Positions 31,505-42,325 of a stretch of 64,000 bases of DNA are shown one piece after another. The stretch is taken from assembly GCA_033762915.1 (NCBI GenBank), contig JANRLD010000027.1, forward strand, positions 26,825 to 90,824. Direction: 5' to 3'. The stretch is from Meiothermus sp. (lineage in GTDB: Bacteria; Deinococcota; Deinococci; Deinococcales; Thermaceae). The notes beneath the pieces were generated by a model, which was given only the letters and a program-made list of their open reading frames with translations, was not told where the DNA came from and searched no databases. Numbering within the stretch: the stretch's first letter is position 1; every line of letters begins with the position of its first letter. The position numbers and the translations under genes are program-made.

Positions 31505-32103
31505 CGGCTGATTGCCAGATATCGCTGGGATGGGCGGCTCATAGAAGAGTCCGGTTGGTCTTGCTTTTCCGGCTTTACGGACGCTGGGGCCGTAAGTTGC
31601 GCCGGGGTCTTGAAACTGTCGAATGCCCCGAAACGTACCCCCGGTGCAACCACTTGTGCAAGCACGGGCCTACTCCCCTTCGGGCGTTTCAGGGAGGCAT
31701 CTGCGTCTCAATCCGGGATACGTCTGGGCAGGGCTGTAACCGGGCGGTGGCCAGAGTCAGACCCCTGCGGGGCCGCCTGGAACGCGCTTGTTACCCCAGA
31801 TTGTGCCCTCGAGAACGGCGTTTTTTGGTTCATCGGACCTAAAACCCGTAACACCATCGCCCGCTTCACGCAACGAACGCCCCGTTTGGCGTGACGGACT
31901 CGAGACCGGGGCCGGGTATGACGGCTGTGTGGCTCGATTCTCCCGCGTAATGGCCGGGGTCACGGCCAAAAATTCGTGCCGTTATTCACCCATTTCGGCC
32001 ACGTTATGCCGTTATAAGCCGGTTTCGGCCTGAGATTTTTCCTATCATGGGTTCAGCAGGTTCGCTCTTCGTCTTTTCGTCTTGTGTCTTAGGAGCTTTC
32101 GTC

Positions 32104-33183
<1,080 letters not shown>

Positions 33184-33331
33184 CCAAGCGGTAGGCGAGC
33201 GGCGGCTAGCGGTTGGCCAAGGCTCACAGACCAGCAGCCCACGCCTGACGGCCAACGGCCAGCAAAACTCACACACATCGAATGGCACTGACGTTTGGAC
33301 ACCGCATACCACCTACTATCGGAGATTGCGC

Positions 33332-34141
33332 ATGATTAACCAAGGCAAAAAGAACGTCCTGGGCGTGCTGGTGGATGCAGTGGACTACCGCGCCGCCGTC
33401 ACCGGAGTCGTCCAGGCGGCCAAGCACAAGCGGCCCTACGCGCTCACCGCGCTGGCGGTTCACGGCGTGATGACCGGCGTAGGCGACCCCGAGCACCGCT
33501 ACCGGCTGAACCAGTTCGACATGGTCACACCAGATGGACAGCCGGTGCGCTGGGCATTGAATCTTTTGCATGGCGTGGGTTTGAAGCAGCGCGTCTACGG
33601 GCCGAACCTGACCCTAGAAGTCTGCCGTGCCGCCGCCGCCGAGGGCCTGCCGGTCTATTTTTATGGCAGCAAGCCGGAGGTCCTGGAGAGCCTTACCCGC
33701 CGCCTGAAAGAGCAGTTCCCCAGCCTCAAAATTGCCGGCGCGGAGCCTTCCAAGTTCCGCCAGACCACCTTCGAGGAGAAAGTCGAGATCGCCCAGAAGA
33801 TCAAGAAGTCGGGTGCCCGAATCGTCTTCGTTGGCCTGGGCTGCCCCCGCCAGGAAGTCTTCGCCTACGAGTACCGCAACCTGATTGGACTGCCCCTGCT
33901 GGCCGTCGGCGCGGCCTTCGACTACCACGCCGGGCTGGTGGATGAGCCCCCCCTGTGGATGCAGAACGCGGGGCTGCAGTGGCTTTATCGGCTTACCCAG
34001 CAGCCCAGCCGGCTCTGGCAGCGCTACGTGCTGCTGAACCCCGCCTACCTGGCCCTCCTGCTGGCCCAGTGGCTGCGCCTCTGGCACCCCAACCCCGAGC
34101 GCGGCGTGACCCCACCCAGCGCGGAGAAGCGATTTGGCTAG
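33332..34141 (+). CDS. WecB/TagA/CpsF glycosyltransferase
   Basis: [33 protein letters not shown]. Confidence 0.92.
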   Translation: MINQGKKNVLGVLVDAVDYRAAVTGVVQAAKHKRPYALTALAVHGVMTGVGDPEHRYRLNQFDMVTPDGQPVRWALNLLHGVGLKQRVYGPNLTLEVCRAAAAEGLPVYFYGSKPEVLESLTRRLKEQFPSLKIAGAEPSKFRQTTFEEKVEIAQKIKKSGARIVFVGLGCPRQEVFAYEYRNLIGLPLLAVGAAFDYHAGLVDEPPLWMQNAGLQWLYRLTQQPSRLWQRYVLLNPAYLALLLAQWLRLWHPNPERGVTPPSAEKRFG

Positions 34142-34281
34142 GGCCGGGGAACTGACCCGACGAACCGGAGCGGGGGGTAGGGAAGTGGGTCAGAACAGTC
34201 AAGCAACTTCCCTCCGCTCTGCTCCCGCCTTCTGACTTGCCAGACATCCGCCGATCGCCGCTTATACCCCTGTCGAGGAAA

Positions 34282-35742
34282 ATGATGGCGCAAAAAGGTC
34301 TCACCCTCCCCGTCTCCCCCAGCTCGAGCCGAGCACGTCTAGCGCCGCCCCGCTGGGTGCCGTGGTTTTTGTGGACCGCGGACGTGATCGCGCTCGAGCT
34401 GGCCCTCTTGCTGGCGATGGGGATTCGGGTGCTGGTGAGTCCGATCTGGCCCTTTACCCTCGAGGCCAGCGTCTACTCCTCGTTGGCCCTGGCGATGGTG
34501 GTGATGCCGCTGGGCTACGCGGTGTGGAGCCTCTACCCCGGCTACGGCACCCACCCCGTCGAGCGGATGCGCCGCACCCTCTTAATCACCGCCGCGCTGT
34601 TCCTCTGCGTGCTGGCCTGGAGCTTCCTGATGGGCAGTGAAACCACCTCGAGGGGCATCCTCACCCTGACCGGGCTGCTGGCCCTAGGGCTGGTGCCGGT
34701 CTTCGGGGCGCTGGCGCGGGAAACCCTGGTCAGATTGGGTTACTGGGGCGTGCCGGTGGTCATCCTGGGTGCGGGCGTAAGCGGGGCTATCTTGGCCCGC
34801 TCGCTGAAAAACGAGCGCTACTTGGGCCTGATGCCGGTCGGCTTCCTCGACGACGATCCTGCCAAGCAGGGGCAGGACGTCGAGGGGCTGCCGGTGCTGG
34901 GGCGGCTCGAGCGGGCCGAGGCCCTCAGCCAGATGGGGGTCAGCGAGGCCCTGGTGACGATGCCCAGCCTTTCGCGCAAGGGCCTGAGCGACCTGGTGGC
35001 TGGGCTGCCCTTCCTCAACATCGTGGTGGTTCCCGACCTGACCCATGAGGTCATCCCCTGGTCGCTGGTGCGCGAGCTGGGGCTGGTTCACGGCGTGATG
35101 CTGCGTAAGAACCTGCTGCTGCCACGCAACCAGCGGGTTAAGCTCTGGCTTGACCGGCTGCTGGGCTGGCCCATGTTTCTAGCCGCGCTTCCGATCATCG
35201 CCCTCTCCGCCCTGTTGGTGCGGCTGGTCAGCCCCGGCTCACCCTTTTACGCCCAGATGCGCGAGGGCAAGGACGGCCTGCCGATCCCGGTCTGGAAGCT
35301 CCGCACCATGTACCCCGACGCCCAAGCCCGCCTCGAGCGCTACCTGGCCGAGAACCCCGCCGCCCGCGCCGAGTGGGAGCGCAGCTTCAAGCTCCGTCAC
35401 GACCCTCGCGTACTGCCCGGGGTAGGCCATTTCCTGCGCAAGACCTCCCTCGATGAGCTGCCCCAGCTCTATAACGTGGTGGTTGGCCAGATGAGCCTGG
35501 TTGGGCCGCGCCCCTTTCCCGAGTATCACCTCGAGAAGTTCCCCGAGGAGTTCCGCCGTCTGCGCCACTCTGTCCTCCCCGGCGTGACCGGCTTCTGGCA
35601 GGTCTGGGCGCGCTCCGACTCTGACCTCCAGCTCCAGGAGGCCCTCGACACCTACTACATCCGCAACTGGTCCCCCTGGTTGGACCTGTACCTTCTAGCC
35701 CGGACGGTCGTGACCGTGCTGCGTGGCCGGGGGGCATACTGA
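34282..35742 (+). CDS. polyprenyl-phosphate sugar-1-phosphate transferase (WbaP-like)
   Basis: N-terminal TMs, GFLDDD, WKLRTM, LRKTSLDELPQ, MSLVGPRP, YIRNWS. Confidence 0.9.
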   Translation: MMAQKGLTLPVSPSSSRARLAPPRWVPWFLWTADVIALELALLLAMGIRVLVSPIWPFTLEASVYSSLALAMVVMPLGYAVWSLYPGYGTHPVERMRRTLLITAALFLCVLAWSFLMGSETTSRGILTLTGLLALGLVPVFGALARETLVRLGYWGVPVVILGAGVSGAILARSLKNERYLGLMPVGFLDDDPAKQGQDVEGLPVLGRLERAEALSQMGVSEALVTMPSLSRKGLSDLVAGLPFLNIVVVPDLTHEVIPWSLVRELGLVHGVMLRKNLLLPRNQRVKLWLDRLLGWPMFLAALPIIALSALLVRLVSPGSPFYAQMREGKDGLPIPVWKLRTMYPDAQARLERYLAENPAARAEWERSFKLRHDPRVLPGVGHFLRKTSLDELPQLYNVVVGQMSLVGPRPFPEYHLEKFPEEFRRLRHSVLPGVTGFWQVWARSDSDLQLQEALDTYYIRNWSPWLDLYLLARTVVTVLRGRGAY

Positions 35743-36031
35743 GAGCGGTTCCACGCGCACCTACTGCGGTCTGCTGAAGCGAGTCCATTACCTGCCGCGG
35801 CGAGGGAGGTAAGGGTGGGAAACGCCACGAGAGCGGACTTGGCCAATAGTTCGTGCGTCTGGCGGCCCGATCTGCTGGAAACTCGAGGGTACCAGCCAGC
35901 GTGGTGCGGGAAAACCCGACAGCCGGACACCAGCGCCATCTACCCATTTCCTCTTTCCCGTTACCCTTTCCGTAACCCAATGGTCATGCATCACATGTTG
36001 CCGACGGCTGGCCGTTTAAGCTGTTGACGAA

Positions 36032-37066
36032 ATGCGTCCCGCTTTACCCCAAGCCCCGCTGATGAGCCGTAGCGTTACGGTTCCGATGTGGTCGATTGTG
36101 ATTGGGGGGTCGTTGCTGCTGCTGGGTCTGAGCTACGTCTGGTATCGTGGCAACACCCAGGCCCAAATGGAGGCCCAGATTAGGGATCTCGAGCTGCAAG
36201 CCAAGAGCCTACAGTTCAAGCTCGAGGCCGAGCAGGCACGTTCGGACGCGTACAGCGTGGAGGCGGTACAGGTGCAGCAGGATCTGAAGGTACTCGAGAG
36301 CGAGCTGAACCGGCTGCGCTCCAAGGTCAAGCTGCCCCCGGTACGCCTGACGCCCAACATCCCCAGCGCCCAGCCCGGGGTCCAGCCTGGCGTCCAGCCG
36401 AAGGCCGACCCATCCAGCCCCCGTGGGGCGGGTGAGCCGGTAGATCTGGGTGATCTGCTCCTGAGTCTGCGTTCGCAGTTGGGTAACTTCTCGGCGGAAC
36501 TCGAGGTGGTGGCCGACACCATCGCCACGCCCCTAATCGACCCCCGCCCGTCCCGCCGCCGCAACTTCTCCACCGGCCTGCAAACGCCTGGGGTAGCGCT
36601 CTCCGACCTCAGGGCCCTGCCGCCAGTACGCTCCTCGGTTGGGAGGCTGCCCCCGGCCTGGGACAGCTTCATTCCTTCCGGGGTCCCGCTCCTCTCCGAG
36701 ACCCGGGTCACCTCGACCTTCGGCTATCGGGGCAACCCGTTCAGCGGGCGCGGGGCCGAGTTCCACAACGGCATCGACTTCGCGGCCCCGATGGGCACCC
36801 CGGTCTACGCCACCGCCTCGGGCACCGTGAGTGAGGTGGGCTGGAACCGCATCTTCGGTCTGATGGTGATGGTGGATCACGGCAACGGCTACCACACCCT
36901 ATACGGCCACCTCTCCCGCACCTATGTCGAGCGTGGCCAGCGCATCGGCCAAGCCGCGGCCTTGGGCGAAGTCGGCTCCACGGGCCGCTCCACCGGCCCC
37001 CACCTGCACTACACTGTCTTCCGATACGGCGCCTCGATAGACCCCGCACCATTCGTAAGCCAGTAG
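36032..37066 (+). CDS. M23 metallopeptidase with TM and coiled coil
   Basis: FHNGID, TLYGHL, STGPHLHY. Confidence 0.9.
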   Translation: MRPALPQAPLMSRSVTVPMWSIVIGGSLLLLGLSYVWYRGNTQAQMEAQIRDLELQAKSLQFKLEAEQARSDAYSVEAVQVQQDLKVLESELNRLRSKVKLPPVRLTPNIPSAQPGVQPGVQPKADPSSPRGAGEPVDLGDLLLSLRSQLGNFSAELEVVADTIATPLIDPRPSRRRNFSTGLQTPGVALSDLRALPPVRSSVGRLPPAWDSFIPSGVPLLSETRVTSTFGYRGNPFSGRGAEFHNGIDFAAPMGTPVYATASGTVSEVGWNRIFGLMVMVDHGNGYHTLYGHLSRTYVERGQRIGQAAALGEVGSTGRSTGPHLHYTVFRYGASIDPAPFVSQ

Positions 37067-37349
37067 ACCTGGGCCTTCAGGCGCCAAATGCCGGATGGCG
37101 CGGGGCAGCTCGCCCTTGTTTGCCCCCGTAGAGACCACCCGTACAGGGTGGCCCACCGGGGTGAAGCGTGCCCAACTCGCACAGGGATTTAACGAAGCCA
37201 GGCAGCGGCGCGCAGTTCAACTACCGAGACTTGGGCCCTCGAGGCGCACACCGCGACAGAGCCGTTCGGATTCTTCAAGACTTCCGGGTATCAGGCCCCA
37301 CCGAGGCAGGTTGGACCGATCCAAGTCGGCCCCGCTTTGGGTACACGTT

Positions 37350-37383
37350 AAGCCCCTCCGGGACACGTCCCGGAGGGGCTTTG
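37350..37383. terminator. strong hairpin downstream of rpmB
   Basis: 15-bp perfect inverted repeat AAGCCCCTCCGGGAC/GTCCCGGAGGGGCTT. Confidence 0.7.
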
Positions 37384-37393
37384 AGTCCCGGCC

Positions 37394-37690
37394 CTAGAGC
37401 AGACCCAGCATCCGGTTTTTGATCTGCTGGGCGGTGAGGCCCTCGAGCTTCATGCCCTTGACCCGCTCGGCCAGATCGTAGACCTTAAAGGCGTGGCTGT
37501 TGGCCACCTTGAAGGTGATCTCCTGGCCTGCCACCACCACGGTGATCTTGCGCAGGTTGGGCTCCTGACGACGGCGCGAGTAGCCGCTGATCTTCTTGCC
37601 GATGCCGCCCTGCCACTTGGCTTTACCGCGGTAGGTGATGCTGTTGACCACCACCGGGCGCTTTCCGCTAATTTCGCAAACCTTGGACAT
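37394..37690 (-). CDS. rpmB: 50S ribosomal protein L28
   Basis: MSKVCEISGK...RGKAK.QGGIGKK...PNLRK. Confidence 0.95.
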   Translation of the reverse strand: MSKVCEISGKRPVVVNSITYRGKAKWQGGIGKKISGYSRRRQEPNLRKITVVVAGQEITFKVANSHAFKVYDLAERVKGMKLEGLTAQQIKNRMLGLL

Positions 37691-37809
37691 CTCAGTTCTC
37701 CTTACTGCCCGCCCCGCCGGGGCCCTTTACGGCACACCTTTAAGTGCCGCAGCACGGCAACCCCAGGAGTATAGCATACCCTCATGCCGTCGTGCTAGAC
37801 TTCCCACGC

Positions 37810-38304
37810 ATGACCAACATTGCCACTTGGCTGGTGCCGGTCCTATTGGTCGCCGATCAGACCCTCAAGCTGATCGTGCTCTGGGCGGTCGGCCCCAGCG
37901 TCTTCGAGAACACCAACCCCGGCGTGCGGCTGACCAACCTCTGGTGGATCTTCGACGCCACCTTCATAAAGAACACCGGCGCGGCCTTCGGCATCTTCCA
38001 AGGCGGGGCAAGAATCCTGGTCTGGGTGAGCCTGGCCGTGGGCATCGGGCTGCTGATCTACCTCAGCCTCCAGTACCGGCGCATTCCCATGCTCAACCAG
38101 TTTGCCTTTTCCCTGATTGCCGCTGGGGCCCTGGGCAACGCCATAGACCGCCTCGGCCACGGCTGGGTGGTGGACTTCATTGACATCAACCGAACCGGCA
38201 TATCCATTCTCGATAACTTCCCCATCTGGAACCTCGCCGACGCCTGTGTGGTGGTGGGGGTGCTGTTGTTGCTGTTGCCGCAGCGGCGGGCCAAGCGGTT
38301 TTGA
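37810..38304 (+). CDS. lspA: signal peptidase II
   Basis: ADQTLK, NTGAAFG, GALGNAIDR, VVDFI, NLAD. Confidence 0.93.
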   Translation: MTNIATWLVPVLLVADQTLKLIVLWAVGPSVFENTNPGVRLTNLWWIFDATFIKNTGAAFGIFQGGARILVWVSLAVGIGLLIYLSLQYRRIPMLNQFAFSLIAAGALGNAIDRLGHGWVVDFIDINRTGISILDNFPIWNLADACVVVGVLLLLLPQRRAKRF

Positions 38305-38588
38305 CCCCGGTTCCCACGCTTACCCCGCACACAGAGACTCCGATGCGCGGGGTACTTGCGGGAACCGCAGCGGCGTTCGGTTAACAGCACTTGCAGAGGG
38401 GCTCGGTCGAGGGGTCGCAGCCCCGGGTTTGCGAAACCTTGGATGGGGCAGGCAGGTAGTTTCCTGATTGCCCGCCGTGCTTATGCCTCTAGGGTTCCTC
38501 GAGCTGCTTCAGGCCACACCGACCTTGGAAGCGGGGGGCCATTTTCCACCAGAGTTGTGCCGAGTTGAGACGGGAGTCCGCAGTATGC

Positions 38589-39608
38589 CTATCTCGCACG
38601 TACCGCTGTCCAGACTTCGTCGTAGATCCGCTGGGCGGGGCCGACGTCTTGGATGAACTCCAGCCTGCTCAAGTCGGGGTAGATGGCCGGGTTGCGGAGG
38701 TCTTCGGGGCGGAGGAAGGGGCGAGCTGCGCGGTTGGGGGAGCCGAAGCCCGTCCAGTTGGAGAGCTGGGCCCCCACCCGGGCGCTGAGGATGTAGTTGA
38801 TGAAGCGGTGGGCGGCCTCGGGGTTGGGGGCTCCGGCGGGGATCATGAGGTTGTCCACCGCCATCGTCGCGCCCTCGCGGGGTAGCACGAAGCCGATGTT
38901 GGGATTCTCGCGCATCACCCGCACCGCGTCGCCGTTGTAGACCACTGCGGCGCTGGCCTGACCCGAAAGCACCTTGTTAAGCCCCGGAACACCGCCGTCG
39001 AAAGCCAGGAAATTGCGGCTGCGGCTGGCCTGGCGCAGCAGCTCCCCAGCCCGTCGGATCACCTGGGGGTCGCGGGTGTTCATGTTCTGGCGCTGGTAGC
39101 GCAGCGTAATGCTCATCATCTCGCGGGTGGAGTCGAGCAGAGTGAAGGCGAAGGCGGGGTTGTTGAACAGGACGCCCCAGCTGGTGGGTGGGGTGGGGAT
39201 GCGGTCTTTGCGGTAGGCCAGGCCGGTGAAGCCGAACTGGTAGGCCACGCTGTACCGATTGCCGGGGTCGAAGGAGGGGTTGCGAAACCGAGGCTCGAGG
39301 GCGCTGAGGTTGGGAATCCGCTCGAGCTGCAAGGGCTGCACCAGCCGTAGATTAACCAGGGTGGGCACGATGTAATCGGAAGGCACGATCAAGTCGAACT
39401 GGCTCCCGCCCCCCGCCTGGAGCCGGGCCAGCATGTCCTCGTTGGACTCGTAAAGGGTGATGCGAACCGGGATTCCGGTTGCGGCGGTGAACTGCTTGGG
39501 AATTTCGGGGTCGATGTACTCCGACCAGATGAACAGACGAAGCTCTCGCGGCTGGGCCAGGCCGAGGGAAGCCAACACGACGGCAAGCAGCAGGAATGCC
39601 TTTTTCAT
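38589..39608 (-). CDS. spermidine/putrescine ABC substrate-binding protein (PotD/PotF-like)
   Basis: WSEYIDP, YESNEDM, PSDY, PREG, FINYIL. Confidence 0.88.
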   Translation of the reverse strand: MKKAFLLLAVVLASLGLAQPRELRLFIWSEYIDPEIPKQFTAATGIPVRITLYESNEDMLARLQAGGGSQFDLIVPSDYIVPTLVNLRLVQPLQLERIPNLSALEPRFRNPSFDPGNRYSVAYQFGFTGLAYRKDRIPTPPTSWGVLFNNPAFAFTLLDSTREMMSITLRYQRQNMNTRDPQVIRRAGELLRQASRSRNFLAFDGGVPGLNKVLSGQASAAVVYNGDAVRVMRENPNIGFVLPREGATMAVDNLMIPAGAPNPEAAHRFINYILSARVGAQLSNWTGFGSPNRAARPFLRPEDLRNPAIYPDLSRLEFIQDVGPAQRIYDEVWTAVRAR

Positions 39609-39760
39609 AAGGCCAAACTATGACCCAGCGAAGCAGGGCCGAGTGTGGTCTGGGCGGGGGAGTTGGACGTCAAACGTCCGGCTGGATGTTATCGAGGCCC
39701 CGGCACACGGGCTCCATCACCTTCCCACTCGACGTTCCTGAACTCAGTACACTGATAAGC

Positions 39761-40579
39761 GTGCAATCCCTCCTCCATCCCCACCTCCCCGTGCAGGCGT
39801 CCGAGGGGGCGGTTTTGCGGGGAAAGGCTATGCAGGAGTATCTGCTCCAGCTCAGGGAGGCCCTCCAGACCTACCGCGACATCTCTCCGGTTCACCTGCT
39901 GGTGCTCAACGAGGCCGACTGGGCCAGCCGGGTCAAGTCGCCCTACGGCTTCGCTTTCCAGCGCACCAGCCTCAAGGAAGGTTTGTACCTGTTTCTGCCC
40001 AAGCACTACCCCGACCGGCTGTTGTGGCGGCTGCGCGAGGTGCTGGTGCCCGCCATCCGGGCCGCCGGGGTCCGAGCTCCCTCGCAGCCCGGCGACTTTC
40101 TGGACCTCAACCTGGGCCACGAGTACGCCCACGCGGTCGCCGTGACCTGGGGGCTGCGCACCAGGGTCAAGTGGGTGGACGAGTTCCTGGCCAACTACCT
40201 GTTCCTGCTGGCCCTGCGCGTCGCCCGGCCCGACCTCTACCCGGTGGTCAAGGCCTGGAACCAGATCGTCGCCCGCCTGACCCCCCGCGAGACCAGCCTC
40301 GGCAGCTACGGGAGCAAGCCCAAGGGTCTGGTGGATCAGCTCTGGTTCCAGGGACAGTTCACCCTCGAGGCCGACCGCCTGGTCGAGGAGAAGGGCGACG
40401 AACTGCTGCGGGGGCTGCTGAGCGCCGCCCCCCTCAAGAAGTCCACCGTCCACAAACTGTTGGTGGGCCTCGAGCCGGGCCTTAAAGAGTGGTTCGCCAG
40501 CTTTGCTCCGCAGCGACAAAAGCTCTCCCAGGCGGTGGACGAGCCGGTCGGGTGGGATGAGCTGGGGGGTCAGAGTTAG
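39761..40579 (+). CDS. hypothetical protein with HEXXH zincin motif
   Basis: GHEYAH followed by WVDEFLANY; GTG start 7 nt after TACACT. Confidence 0.6.
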   Translation: MQSLLHPHLPVQASEGAVLRGKAMQEYLLQLREALQTYRDISPVHLLVLNEADWASRVKSPYGFAFQRTSLKEGLYLFLPKHYPDRLLWRLREVLVPAIRAAGVRAPSQPGDFLDLNLGHEYAHAVAVTWGLRTRVKWVDEFLANYLFLLALRVARPDLYPVVKAWNQIVARLTPRETSLGSYGSKPKGLVDQLWFQGQFTLEADRLVEEKGDELLRGLLSAAPLKKSTVHKLLVGLEPGLKEWFASFAPQRQKLSQAVDEPVGWDELGGQS

Positions 40580-40706
40580 TCGCCCCAGGGGCTTTACAAG
40601 ACCGCCGAACGCCACGAACTCGAGCCCTGGTGCAACCACGGACACGAGACGTTCTTCGGGAGCTTCGGGGCGACGCTTCGCGGTCCAACTACGGTGCCGT
40701 ATGCGG

Positions 40707-40802
40707 CGGATTTGAATCCATGCTCTGCAAAGTCCCTGAAGCTGAAATCCGTTCGCCGCCGTGTTTTTGGGTGCGGTGTCGCGGGAGTCAATGTACGAAC
40801 CG
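40707..40802 (+). repeat. repeat family C copy 3
   Basis: CGGATTTGAATCCATGCTCTGCAAA...GGGTGCGGTGTCGCGGGAGTCAAT..ACGAACCG. Confidence 0.65.
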
Positions 40803-40901
40803 CGATGAATCCTGCCCACACGACCGCATATTGGCAGAGTGCCCCGCAGACTCACCCGCGATTGGGGGTTCCTTTAGCGGCCCTTATGCCTGGCTCGAGC
40901 C

Positions 40902-42266
40902 CTATCGCCGGCCCGCCACCTTGTATACGAACGCCAGCTCGTCCGGCTTCTCGAGGTGGGTGCGGACGTAGCCGACGGTGGCCTCGCCGGGCGCGACCGA
41001 GACCTGCAGGTAGCCGGTGTTGGGGAGTTTGACTCCGCTCTTGTAGGCTTCGGCGTTTTCGTCGAGGTTGTGGTTGGGGTTGGCAGGCTGGGGCAGGCTC
41101 TGGTAGATCACCCCATCGAGTTCCTGCCGCACGAAGAGGTGGTCGTGTCCCTGAAAGAAGATGCTCACCGAGTGCTTGGCCATGAGCTGGTGGATGGGCA
41201 ACTCCCAGCCCGGGCGCCGGGTGCGGAAGGCCGCGAGGTCGCCCCACTCGAAGCTCTTGGCTAGTTCGATGCCGCCGCGCCCGGTGCCGTTCACGTGGTG
41301 GGAGAAGACAAACTTGTACTTAGCGGTACTGGTCTCGAGCGTTCGCTGCAACCACCGGTACTGGGCCTCGCCCAGGGTGATGCCCCACATGTCGCGCTGC
41401 CGCCGCTGTCCTCGCTCCTCGCCGAAGCCGGTGTCCACGGTGACGGGCGAGTGCCAATAGAGGTCGATCATCACGAACAGCGCGTCGCCCCAGGTCCAGG
41501 CGTAGTAGTCGCGCAGCAGACCGATGTGCTCGACCCGCTCGGGGTTGCCACTGTAGAAGTGGTCTGGGGCAGGCTGGGAAAAGAGGCTGTTGCGGGCGGT
41601 CTGGGCCCAGACTGCGATGTTGTCAGGCGTGCCGTCGAGGTTGGCCCTCGAGGCTTGCTCGTGGTTGCCGTTGCCCAGGAATACCGGCGCACCCACCAGC
41701 CCCAAAAACTGCCGCTGGTTGAGGTAGAGCGAGCGCACCTTTTGGGCGTCCGGGTCGCGCAGGTTGGTCAGGCCGAAGTCATCGCCGATGGTGATGTGGA
41801 AGTCCGGCCGGGCTGAGGCCACGCTGCGCAGGGTCTTGGCGTAGAGGTCGGGGTGATACTGCCGACCCAGCCGCTCGGGGTGGGAGTCGCCCTGGACGGT
41901 GAAAGTGAAGGCGGCGTCGGCCGGGCGCTGGGTGTGGAAGCTGCGCTCCGGCCCGACCTCATCGCCGTAGCGCAGCCGGTAGAAGTAGCGGGTGTTGGGT
42001 CGGAGGTTTTCGAGGCGGGTCTCGAGGGGCCTTCCCCCGGCCGCCGTCTGCGGAGCGGTTTTGTCTGGGTACACCCCCGGCGTGGTGCCGTACTCGTAAG
42101 AGACCTCCAGCGTCTTCGCCGGAACTACATTGGCGGTGATGGAGGTGTCGGTGGGCTGTCCGAGAATCTCAGGGGCGATCAGGTTGGCGGCGTTGGCCGT
42201 AGCCAGCCTCGCAGCAAAGGGCAGGGTGAGAAGGCCGCGCAGCGCGACCCGGCGGGTGATCTTCAT
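40902..42266 (-). CDS. secreted metallophosphoesterase (purple-acid-phosphatase-like, FN3-like N-domain), Tat-like signal
   Basis: MKITRRVALRG; GDSH, GDD, GNHE, SHH, GHDH; start trimmed from ORF 42656. Confidence 0.82.
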   Translation of the reverse strand: MKITRRVALRGLLTLPFAARLATANAANLIAPEILGQPTDTSITANVVPAKTLEVSYEYGTTPGVYPDKTAPQTAAGGRPLETRLENLRPNTRYFYRLRYGDEVGPERSFHTQRPADAAFTFTVQGDSHPERLGRQYHPDLYAKTLRSVASARPDFHITIGDDFGLTNLRDPDAQKVRSLYLNQRQFLGLVGAPVFLGNGNHEQASRANLDGTPDNIAVWAQTARNSLFSQPAPDHFYSGNPERVEHIGLLRDYYAWTWGDALFVMIDLYWHSPVTVDTGFGEERGQRRQRDMWGITLGEAQYRWLQRTLETSTAKYKFVFSHHVNGTGRGGIELAKSFEWGDLAAFRTRRPGWELPIHQLMAKHSVSIFFQGHDHLFVRQELDGVIYQSLPQPANPNHNLDENAEAYKSGVKLPNTGYLQVSVAPGEATVGYVRTHLEKPDELAFVYKVAGRR

Positions 42267-42325
42267 GGCTTGGTTTCCCCCATGGGCGGTTAGTCGGGTT
42301 GAGATGTGTACATGGTTGGCGCTCC

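Noticed and set aside
31505..32100. ~600-bp spacer as an ncRNA or small gene; short CCC(C/T)GGTGCAA.CAC motif also near 8023 and 40625
   Set aside because: No recognisable RNA family or credible ORF; the motif is too short to support by eye
37394..37690. L28 with a single Cys
   Set aside because: Zinc-ribbon-less L28 variants are common; not novel
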